Positions 37,635-48,074 of a stretch of 52,786 bases of DNA are shown here, in pieces. The stretch is from Girardia tigrina (Eukaryota). Each line of letters starts with the position of its first letter. The stretch's first letter is position 1. Where the stretch lies: the NCBI GenBank assembly GCA_001938485.1, contig MQRK01215037.1, positions 28,754-81,539 of the forward strand. Direction: 5' to 3'. Made by a program: the position numbers and the translations under genes. The notes under the pieces are model-generated. The model had not been told where the DNA came from. It made no database searches and worked only from the letters and a program-made list of their open reading frames with translations.

Positions 37635-39312
37635 TTGTAAATCCCTAGTATAAGCTGCAGCTAATACGTACATAAAGGAAACATTTTTGAATCGCAGTTA
37701 ATATGATTTGCAGCTTATACAACTAAAAAACAATTCAAATTGAAGATAAGATTATTTATCTATTTAAATTTTCAACATCACCACTCCTCAAAACCATCAC
37801 ACTTTTCATTGTCAATAAAAGTGAAATTTTGTAGTAATTCTACAAGGTCATGAAAAACTGCAATGTTTGGATCAGATTCATTCAAATTCACTTCATTTTC
37901 TTCAATTTCAAGAACATCGTCGTTTTCACCAAATGAAACACGAAAACCATTCAAAATAGTGAAAAGGTTAACCTCATCCCAAGAGGAGACAATCCATTTG
38001 AAAATGGTATTACTTTCAGCTACTTTCATATTTCCGGACTTAGTATGTTTGATGTTCTCATAATCTTTAATGATCCAATCTCCAAATTCTTGCGCAATTT
38101 TGACTTGAACGAACGGTTAACAGTAAGATCTAATGGCTGCACCTTTGATATCAATCCGGTAGGTATGAAAGCTACTTTGGATTCCTTCTTAATTTTATCA
38201 AGTGCAGTAGCGATAAGATGTGAGCGATGCATATCAAATAAAAGCAATGATGGTACTTTTGGATCCTGGTTCTATGGTGTCTTTGGAGGCGATGTAATTC
38301 GACTCTTCCATACTTTCTTGAGCCATAACTCAAGAGTTTCATGATTCATCCAACCAGATCCATTAGCTGCAATAACAAGCTTTGATTCATGAATGCAAGT
38401 CTTTTGAAGTTTCTTTGTGCTCAAAATAACAAAGGCGGAAGTTTACTACTATTTTTGAGAACACGTAGATTGATGGTTAAACGTTTTCTTCATATTTGGT
38501 AGTTTTAATTCGTACCTCATGGGCAGCTTTAGCCTCAACTGTGGAGCTTAAAGGCATGTCACATTGAAAGGACACTTCATCAAAATTACCGATTTGATTA
38601 TCGGGCAAATCCTTCTATAAATCTGAGATGATGCTTCTAAACTTTGTCACCTGAAATTCCCAATCTTTCGGCAATTGTTGCTTCGTGGTAGGCCGTCGAA
38701 AACAAATATTCTTGCGTTTCATTAAATTATCAGTCCATTGAGAGCTCGCGAAAAATCCTTCAATCTTCATTTCTTTGACAATTGCTTGTGCCTGTAAACG
38801 ATTTCGAACAACCGACACTTGAAGTTCTCGTTCACGTTGAATTAGGATCCATTCGTGTAATTTCGTTTCCAATTCCGGATATCTAGCGTTACCATCACGC
38901 AAAGATCTTCGATTTGGATTCATTGCTTTGATAACAGACTCTCGGGCGATCCATCGTCGAATAACAGTTTCATTAATATCATATCGTCTTGCAGCTTCCC
39001 GTATGCTTCCTAACTGACGAGCTAATTCAATAATCTCTCTTTCTTTGCTAAACTAAAATATCTTCGTTGTTTCTTTTGTTTTTGTTCAGAATCGTTATCC
39101 ATTTTAATCATGGATTCAAAACAGTGCAATAAAAAATGTAAACAATATAAAAAATTAAAACAAAATGGTTTTTGTCACTGTGACATTTGTTTTTTAATGA
39201 TAGGTTGCTGATTTTAAAATCATGTATCATCAACGCAAATGGTACAGCTTATACGACTAAAAATACACTTTCATAAAAACATTCTCTGCAGCTTATGCTC
39301 GGGATTTTACAG
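37635..39312 (-). mobile_element. pogo (POGK-like) transposon with both TIRs, decayed transposase
   Basis: TA|TTGTAAATCCCTAGTATAAGCTGCAG ... CTGCAGCTTATGCTCGGGATTTTACAG|TA. ATG at 39102; CENP-B HTH (YPELETKLHEWI), GNFDE, LLFDMHRSH and VQPLDLTVNRSFK. Confidence 0.92.
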
Positions 39313-41501
39313 TAATTATTTAATAATTTAATTGCAATCAAGACATCACATTTGTTAATAATTCATGGAGATTGTCGAGAATGCAAAATTGTCTTTCGAA
39401 AAACTTTAAACATTAAAAATTACTTGATAGTATTTTTGATTACAACAAAATCTTGCAATTTTTAATTGCCATAGAGACAAATCTCTGTTTGTACAATTTT
39501 CTGTTTTCATATCATATCAATTTCCAGATAACGAGAAATAGAAAATCAAACTATATGTCAGTTATCTTTAATTAATTTTCTAATAGTACTTTCTGATTGA
39601 ATAAATATTTAATCTGAAACCATCAGTGGATTGAATACACAGCACCAAATTGGTTCAATTGTTTATATTAGAAAATGATTTGAGAGGATGTTTAATTTGT
39701 ACTGAAATTTAGTTATTATTTATTGACCATTGATAAAAAAAATTATTGCTACCACACTTTGTAAAGATTACATGTGTACAGCTCATTTTAGCAAATGTTT
39801 TTGTTAATATATATTTTCCATATTAATTTCTAAAATCAATAAACCTAAATTATATTTATGCAAAATGAAATAATACAATTTAATTCCTATCATCTGAGTT
39901 GTTGAATAAATTTATTCATTCTATTTGTATTTTTCATCTGGATTTTGTCACTAAATAAAAAATAAATTTGTGATAAAAATTTAAATAGTGATAATAAATT
40001 GTTTTGAAAACATAAAAAGCGCGCACCATAATTTTTATTGTTAATTTCGATGGAGTAATCGTCATCATTAGATTAAAGTTACAATGATAAATTCGCATTT
40101 ATATATGCAAAGTTTAAGTAATTTCTAAATCATAAAACTATTTTCAATAAAGTTGCAAAAGATGGTGTTCGTACATGGATTCGAGGATCAAAGGATTTGA
40201 TCATCAATTCTTCATACATCACCTTCAGGTAGTTATTAAATTGTGAACACAAAATCTTGAAATAACTAAAATCAACTTTAATATTTAAACAATATTTTCT
40301 ATGTTTATCAATGTTACAATAATTTACATTCGATTAGGTTCCTAAATGCGTTTACATAGTAAGTGACACATCTATTCGCCACACGGATTACATTTATAAC
40401 TGTCGTCACACCCATTACATTTATAATGATAAACTAAATTAGAACTTAAACTCATTGAAATGATAAAGGAAAAAATCATATCTCATGTGATCTAGACACA
40501 ATTTTAAAATTTAATAAATTAATTTCGTCGTATTTCATAATTATTCGTTCCACCCGGAGGGATGGATTGCAGCTGCACAAACCGATGACGACCATCAATC
40601 ATTCTCACAATGTCGTTTATGAGAAATACAGTCTGGATTATCTCAACAAAACATGTGAGGATCTTTCAATAACAGAATATAATTCCTTTATCCTACGTTT
40701 TATCTGGAAAAGTAATTCAAAGCTCTCGACAAATAGCTAACCAAGAAGATAAGTGAAATGGGATCCGAATTTCAAGAATTAGTTGAAGAGAAAGAAATTT
40801 ATTGAAAAAGGTCAAATATATCGAAGAGTAAACAACCATATTTTCAAATGAACTAAATCAAGCCTTCTACGAATTCGTTAAGTAATTTAACTTTATTGTC
40901 AAAAAAACTCAGAAGAATTGTGACAATTTCGAATAGCATGAGACATACGGTACTTTGAGAATCAGTCGGAACGGACATTTAAAGCCAATAACGACATCGA
41001 AAAAGTCATCATGTATTCTCCTTCAACGAAATTTTCGAAAAGATTATTAAAAATTTATATGAATTTAAAAATAATACTCGTGTAATTCAAAATAGAGAAT
41101 TATTTTTTAGTTTTGAAAAATATAAAATATTGATTAAAAAAAGAAACGAAAAAGACTAAAAAAACTATATAAAAAATAAAACTATATAGTAAAGAAAACA
41201 TTAAAGAAAACTATATAGCTTAAAAAATGTTATATAGTAAAAAAAAGGTCACGATGACCTATAAAAAATAAAAAAATAAGAAAACGTTGTGATAATTGTG
41301 AGATATTACAAAATTAAATTAAAATTTATTAAATAAAATTTTACGCAATCAATAAATTTAGAAAATTTCTAAATTTGTATTACACAAGTATTACGGGTTC
41401 GAGAACAGAGTTAACCTTTGACTCTCCTTTTATATTTGGTATATAAACAATGCATGCGTATATTTATGTTAGATTATTATATATATTTTAGAGTAGAATC
41501 T

Positions 41502-42456
41502 ATGTCTTCTAGCATATCGACCGAAGCGAATTTCATCAATCACATGATTCCGGAAGCGTTCAGTGGACAACAAGACATCAACGAATTTATTACGGACTGT
41601 AATAGATTCTTCGAAATTTCCCAAATTAAAGGAGACGTCCAGAATGTATTTGTCAAATGAATGTTGCCCAATGATTTAATTTCAATTTACGAAGCTGTGG
41701 ATCCGAAGATCACCAAATTCGATGAACTGTTAAAAGCGGCTTTTCAGAAACCCTTTTCATTAATTCAGGATTTCGTGAAATGAGAAAGGAAGTGATCCAG
41801 CCGCACTGTTTTTTTCAGAAAATCGATACAATGGGAGATAAACTGTTATCCCACAAATGGAATAAAGAGGAATTAACGACCTATTTCGTGATCCATTGTG
41901 TGAAAAATGTTGAAACAAAGAAAGAACTAAAATGCGCGATACGACGAAAATTGAAGACATCAAAAGTATTGTCTAGAAAATGGAATATGTTCTATTATTT
42001 ATTATTTTTTTAATAGAAGACAACGAAGTAGCAGTAATCAATCATAAAGAAACGTTTACTCAGATGATGAAAAAGAAAAGAAATTGTCAAAATTTACCGT
42101 CAAATAACTTTTCGAGAAACACTTCAAATAAGAGAAAATATTATGCCAATTCAAGGATGTGGAATCAGAAAGAAGAAATCAAATGCTTCAACTGCAAAAA
42201 AGAAGGGCATTCCTACAGAAACTGCAACCGAATTCGGAAAATCCAATGCTATTCATACAAAGAAGGAGGTCATATAAGAAGGAACTGCCCATACATATGC
42301 TGTTGTTCACCGTGCAAGAAGCAAGGACATTTCAATTATCAGAGTTTTGAGAAACAACAAGGTCAAAGTGGTAATTTTAGATATAACAATTTCAGACAAA
42401 GAAGAAACGAGAATGTGGCTATAATCAATTCAAAGATGAGACTCTTAGACCGTTGA
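41502..42456 (+). mobile_element. gag: gag pseudogene with three CCHC-type zinc knuckles (Gypsy-type); pol missing
   Basis: IPEAFSGQQDINEFI..., CFNCKKEGHSYRNC, CYSYKEGGHIRRNC and CSPCKKQGH. Related to 24620..25204. Confidence 0.85.
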
Positions 42457-42946
42457 GAATGCGATTATGAAATTGATGATGATTACTCAAAACATCGGGC
42501 TCAGTCTTCAGGAGAGGTCTAAGGAACTTGTTTGAGAAACAACTTTTTTCTAGTATATTTACCAATTAGTTTTTTAAACCATGCGACTATAAAGTTTAAC
42601 CAATTTACTATTAACAGTCAAACCAATAAAAATGAATTAAACACATACTACAGTACCATTGTTACATACATTACAATTTAAGACCTCAACTTATATTATT
42701 CTAAGAAAATATGCCATACATTACAATATATCAAAAGAAAATATTTCTCTAACCATTGAATATATAGAAAATAATTTATAAGTACTATAATAAATTGTAA
42801 ATATGTTAATCAAGAGGCATATAGGACTAATAAGCAATAAAAACAAAGTTACAATAACATTTGTTTCGAATATTTGATCTAACACACAAAAACCAGGAAA
42901 TAAAATAAATATGAAGAATATGGCGGTTGCAATCAGGATATTAGTC

Positions 42947-43446
42947 AACGGATACGAAATGAAATGCGAAGCTTAAAGAATTGAAATCTGCAATTCAGAG
43001 TACCGTGTAGCAAAAGTATTGAAGAGAAAACCGATCGAGACAAGTATTTTATCAACAGTCTATTAGAGTAATGAGTCCTGGACAACGCCTGAGAAATACC
43101 TTGCACGGTTACAAGCTTTTTAAAATTTCTGCATGAAAGCGGCTCTCAAGAAGACCAAACTCGACAGAATCCAGAATAAGGATATGGCTATTGAACTGAC
43201 TGGGGCAATATTGATTCTGGTAAAAAGGTACAGAGTATTATATTAATAAAATTCACGGAGGGTGTGTCTGAGGTTCGAAGAGTTCTTAAGTCTGAAATCA
43301 CCTTAGAAAATCACAGAATCAACGGACGTAAAAAGATACTGATGAGAGAGCGCATTGCTCGCGATGTGCTCTGGGTATTCAACGATCCGGAAGATTTGGC
43401 AGAATACAGGGGAAATCTAAAAAAGAGAGCTTCTCGACAACAATGA
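42947..43446 (+). mobile_element. 3' fragment of an RTE-like non-LTR retrotransposon
   Basis: TSILSTVY*SNESWTTPEKYLARLQAF*NFCMKAALKKTKLDRIQN matches the post-RT YGxExW...L..FE..C...L region of RTE/L2-type ORF2. Confidence 0.65.
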
Positions 43447-43449
43447 GAA

Positions 43450-44066
43450 ATTTAAACACTTGAGCAAAGGAACCCTATCTGAGAGATTGAAAGAGGTAAT
43501 CAAGCATGAGGAAGAATATGTAAAAATGTTTGAGCCGCGTATCAAACGAGTAGCTTGCATATTACCTTCTTGCTTTAAATAATTTGCTGAGCAAAAGGAA
43601 CTCACAAGGCAAATTAAAAATGTGCATCTGGCTACGGCGCCGATGACATACAGAGGTGATGGTTCATTCATGTCTCATGGAGAACTACCACAAAAGTTAC
43701 AAAATTTATGGACAGTTAATTTATCATCGAATAAAAGGTAATGATACTTCGAACATTCAATTAGTACAAAGAGCAGAAACAAAATGACGAACTGGACCTT
43801 CGAACTTGAACGCGCAACATGATATGTCAGTGTCTGTCGATGTAACTAATGAGGACTGTTCAGGTGTAGTTCCTAGTATGGTACTGACTTTTCGGTTGGA
43901 AAGGAGAGTGTTTCATTGCTCATTTCTCCGTTGCACTAAGTGCGTTTATACAGCCAAAAGTCTTCAGAATCACGGAACGAAGGAACATGACTGGTCATTT
44001 CTCAGGGGGAAGCCGAAGCATGCTCGTTCACAGAAAGCTCACACACTCACATCCGAAGCCGTTTGA
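43450..44066 (+). pseudogene. Degenerate fragment with two C2H2-type zinc fingers
   Basis: CILPSCFK*FAEQKELTRQIKNVH and CSFLRCTKCVYTAKSLQNHGTKEH. Possibly the N-terminus of an R2/NeSL-type retroelement. Confidence 0.45.
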
Positions 44067-44476
44067 GAGAATCAAAAAACTTTGTATATTTCAAATGGTT
44101 TCTACCTGATATAAAGTATATGATTCGCTACCCTGTGCGCCAATACGGAGTGTTAATTGTAATACAGTTATCCGTAACAGTCGGGGATGCTTATTATCCT
44201 TCAGCTATAATATGAAGTATAAATTATATTTAAAAAATAAATACCAAGTTTATTTTCTATATATTATAATTAATGCATTTTTAAATGCATGTGATATGAA
44301 CGATAAAAAACTGAAATATGAAACTAAATAATTTTAAAAATAATTTTGTTGATGGTTGATATGCACATCGTAGATATTATTTAATAAAATAACAAGATCT
44401 TAAATTATGGGTCTTCATTAATTACTATAACAAGTGAACTGGTTTCTTTAACATAAATAAAAACAGCATAAAGAAC

Positions 44477-44621
44477 CTGTCAAAATATTTACAACAGTAC
44501 TCTTTAGTTTCCTCTCCACAACAGAACCGACTGGACATATCGTCCCATGGACATACGAACCATGGAGTCGCAGTAACATTGCGGTCGTAGAGATCATATT
44601 CGTTATAGCAAATTGAAATAT
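44477..44621 (-). CDS. Shisa-like/STMC6 gene, copy A, 6-Cys domain exon
   Basis: (D)ISICYNEYDLYDRNVTATPWFVCPWDDMSSRFCCGEETKEYCCKYFD(R), 145 nt, phases 1/2. The N-glycosylation sequon NVT is conserved as NIT in copy B. Confidence 0.9.
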
Positions 44622-44883
44622 CTGTTTATTTAACACGTTAGAACATTTTAAACAATAACAAGAGTAACCAAAATTATATCTTAAAAATAAATATGATATT
44701 TATACATTCTCTCAAAATAATATTATATTCGTACAAATATTCAAATAATATATTAAAAAAATAAAATATTTACATAATTTGACATATTTAAATGGTGAAT
44801 ATATACATATATATATTTTCTAAAATTAGGAATGGAATTTTAGGTAATAATTCAAATAAAGACCATTTTTGATTATTAAATTT

Positions 44884-44930
44884 ATTACCTAAACAAACGT
44901 GTTTCACCATTACGGCATCGTCAGGGTAAT
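44884..44930 (-). ncRNA. Degenerate type I hammerhead ribozyme-like motif
   Basis: Minus strand ATTACC-CTGACGA-T-GCC GTAAT GGT-GAAA-CACGTTTGTTTA-GGTAAT: 6-bp stem I and intact core, but imperfect stem III. Confidence 0.55.
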
Positions 44931-45707
44931 GAAAAAGTGATTAATTACAATTTATATAGTGGAAAAAAATATTAAATCATATGTATCAAAAACATGTTTT
45001 TAAAATATGTTATTTAATAAACGTTAATATGATTCTATGAATCACTTTGTATGTTTAAGCATGATTTCTAATACTTTCTTAACAAAGCTACACAAATATC
45101 CTTTCCTAATTTGTGTCAAAATGAATTTAAATCCCTTAGAAATCTTTATTGTGATCTAAATGATTACTCTTACATTTTTAAATATGGCTTGTTTTGCGAT
45201 GTTTTGACTTTTCTTATAAAAAAGTCGAATTGTTGAAAAGTTCGAAAACGGTGATTTTTCCAAACGCAATTTCAAATTCTCAATCAAGCTGCATTACAAC
45301 AAATAAGCGTTAAATCGATCTTTTTAATTCGGTAGTCTATTTTGTAATATTATTTTCAATCGGTTTCATTATTTGGATATGAATCTGTCGTTTTGATTAG
45401 TGATGGCGAAATTGTAATTCGTAAATTTGTCAGAATTTTTTGTGTTCAAATTGATTTAAAATATTTTATTCATATAATTGAACTATTTTTTATGTTTTAT
45501 ATAAAATTTCAAAAATTTGTTTTAATTCAAAAACATTAGAAATTGTATGAATTGGTTTAATCGAATTTAATCGAATTGTTATAAAAATTTGTTTTTTGTT
45601 TTGTCGAATAAATGAATAAACCTTTTGAACGTGCGAAATTTGTTCTTGATTGAAATTCACCAATTTTTTATAATCAATTTTTTATTTGAAACAATTTAAT
45701 TGACGAA

Positions 45708-46343
45708 ATGGTTGAAAAAGTAATCAAAGGTAGTTCGACGGTTATGGTGTGTGAAATGAAAAAGTTAATAAACAATCAATTGATGAGTGATGTGCAATTT
45801 GAAATCGGTCCCGAGCGGAAATTGTTTTACGGTCACAAATGCATTTTAACTGCGCGCTGTGAAATATTCAAATCGATGTTCGTCGATCAAATGAATCGCA
45901 AAGACTCCCCAAGTCCGTTAGTGTTACAAGAAATGAAGCCGAATATTTGCAAATATTTACTCGAATATCTCTACACAAATCATATTAAATTAGAAAAATC
46001 TTCCGTTAATGAAACAATTGAATTACTCGCGATTACGATTGAACTAGAACTCGACAATGGGAAAATCGTCGAGAATTATTGTTCGTATTTCTACGAAAAT
46101 CATCCGATCAATGAAAATTGTCGATTGGCTCGCGAATCGCGACCGAGAATCGATCGAAGGAAATCGGTGACTGACAGAAGAGATTGGAAGTGTCAGTTGT
46201 GTTTTAGTCGATCGATGGTGAGAGAAGGAAATAATGATCGCTACTGTTGCCAATATCACACCGAGTTGCCGGATGATGTGATCGATCGTTCTCATGGGCC
46301 ATTTGAGGGCCCGATAAGTGTGTGGCGATCTTGTGTTTCTTGA
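45708..46343 (+). pseudogene. BTB/POZ-domain ORF (BTBD19-like N-terminus) fused to an unrelated Cys-rich segment; lies antisense in an intron of copy A
   Basis: LINNQLMSDVQFEIGPERKLFYGHKCILTARCEIFKSMF...LLEYLYTN is a clear BTB domain resembling BTBD19. No recognisable BACK domain follows; the frame continues past one stop (PNRASVFTCQPCCKK). Confidence 0.8.
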
Positions 46344-46839
46344 CCGAATCGAGCGTCGGTGTTTACGTGTCAGCCGTGCTGTAAGAAAACGTTTCTTTCC
46401 GATGTCGGCGCTTATTATCAGAGTCAGGTTATTTACAAGCTGGAATCAGAAAAATAAACAAATGTTACTACAGAATTCGACCCAGTTCATGGTGAAATAT
46501 ATGGGTCTTCCAAAGTCGATGGCAGTAAATGCTATCAATGGGTTCCAAATCCTATTGGAGTTTCAACGGTGGCTTTAATTACCGAAGAATTGGTTATCGA
46601 TAAAAACGAACTGCTAATTCTATATCTGCGGCGAAAATAGAGTGAAAAGGAAAAATTCTCAAACCGACTATCGAAATCGAAGGCAACTATAAGATAATGA
46701 TGAAAACCATTCCCAAAAAGGCGCTCCAACGTCCCCAAAGCCGGCAATAAATTACTTTTTATCCCCCGACCCAAATACTGTCACTCAGAACCAGAGTGCC
46801 ACAGCCACGATATCGCTGCGCTCTCTCTCGCACCATTTC

Positions 46840-46857
46840 TGGTAGCAGAGCGTGGTT
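46840..46857 (+). promoter_or_regulatory. Primer-binding site (initiator tRNA-Met type)
   Basis: TGGTAGCAGAGCGTGGTT is complementary to a metazoan tRNAi-Met-like 3' end (…CTCTGCTACCA), 4 nt after a CA dinucleotide. Confidence 0.85.
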
Positions 46858-47137
46858 GCGGCGCTCTGGGGTTGGTGGGTGGTTGTTGGCATCGGGGTTT
46901 GATATTAAAATTCGAAGCGTCCTCCACCTGATGGAGAAGGCTTATGATATGTTTGTGTGTTCACAGTGGATGAAAGAATCGAATGAAATAAAATTAATGC
47001 CCCTGTGGTTGTTGAATAAATTCGCGGATTGTTTGTGTCAGCATTGCGGGATGATTGTGAGAATTTCGAGGATTGGGTCGTCCCGAATACAATACCGGCC
47101 AAGCACCAGGGTGCGACTTAATCTTCCAGCTTGTTGG

Positions 47138-47340
47138 TATGAAATGTGTGTGGATGTTCTAGTTCTCTAGTTCTGGTTTATGAGCCAAGTGAGACCATAA
47201 AGAGTTTGAAGGAGGAAATACATTATGAACATCAAAGGTTAATATTTGCAGGGAAACAGTTACGAAACGAACGAAAGTTAAAGGATTATAATATCCAAAA
47301 AGAATCGACGCTCCATTTGGTTTTAAGTTTGAGAGGCGGG
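47138..47340 (+). other. Ubiquitin domain ending LRGG, read through into the Gag region
   Basis: [53 protein letters not shown]: 30/36 identity to ubiquitin residues 41-76, a ~6-aa deletion after I30 and a frameshift near 47160-47170. No stop after GG. Confidence 0.95.
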
Positions 47341-48074
47341 TGCGATCTGGACGTTGTAGAGAAAGAGAGTTTGGATGATCAGTGGGACGATGGAAAGCGA
47401 AAGAAGATCCTTGATGAGAAGAAGTTCGAGAATGAAGATCCGAAACAACATTGGGATTCAGGAATGAAAAAAGACAATGAGTTGAAAGAGAATGTTGATT
47501 CGGATCAGAAATCTAGCGTTAGAAGAACTTCGAATCAAGTCCGAGACCAGAATGAGTTACATGCAATATGAGAGAGAGTTTGATAGATTAATAATAGAGC
47601 TAATATTGGTAGGGAAAGAATTGACACAAAGCGAATAAGTTTGCAAGTTAATAATTGAGAAGGAAGAAATTAAGATGAAGCATAAAAAATGTGAGGAATT
47701 ACATGAGAATGAAATTAAGCAGCAATTTCCAGATTCGTTCTCAAGTAGATACATTTACCTCAAACTACTAGAGGTACCTAAGTTTAGCGGCCAGTGGAAA
47801 GATTATGGATATTGGCGCGCGTCCGTCAAAGTCTGTCTAGAAGACAACAAAATGTTGGAGGCGGATAAATATATATTGTTACGACGAAGTTTATTCGGAG
47901 AGGTATTGTCTTTGATCGCAGATGTTGGAATTCATGAAGGAACGTTCAAGACAGCTCTCGAACTTTTGGAAAAGGCCTATGATAGAGACAAGCGGAGCGT
48001 CTCAAGCGATGAAAAGCGTCGGGCTGAATTTCAAACTTCTCCAAAGTTAGAAAGTTGTAAAGAATCTTCAAACT

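Larger units (their letters stand above)
46779..48070 (+). mobile_element. 5' part of a BEL/Pao-type LTR retrotransposon with ubiquitin upstream of Gag
   Basis: Short TG...CA LTR remnant (46779-46835), PBS, leader ORF, ubiquitin, acidic/coiled-coil region, then DUF1759-type Gag motif LKLLEVPKFSGQWKDYGYW...DKYILLRRSLFGE..ALELLEKAY. Truncated by a Penelope element. Confidence 0.8.

Noticed and set aside
40120-41030. Possible nested plus-strand host gene fragments
   Set aside because: Some splice-like sites, but no consistent frame or recognisable domain.
47138-47340. Host polyubiquitin or Ub-ribosomal protein gene
   Set aside because: Single diverged unit, no tandem Ub or L40/S27a tail, and embedded between a PBS and a Gag motif.
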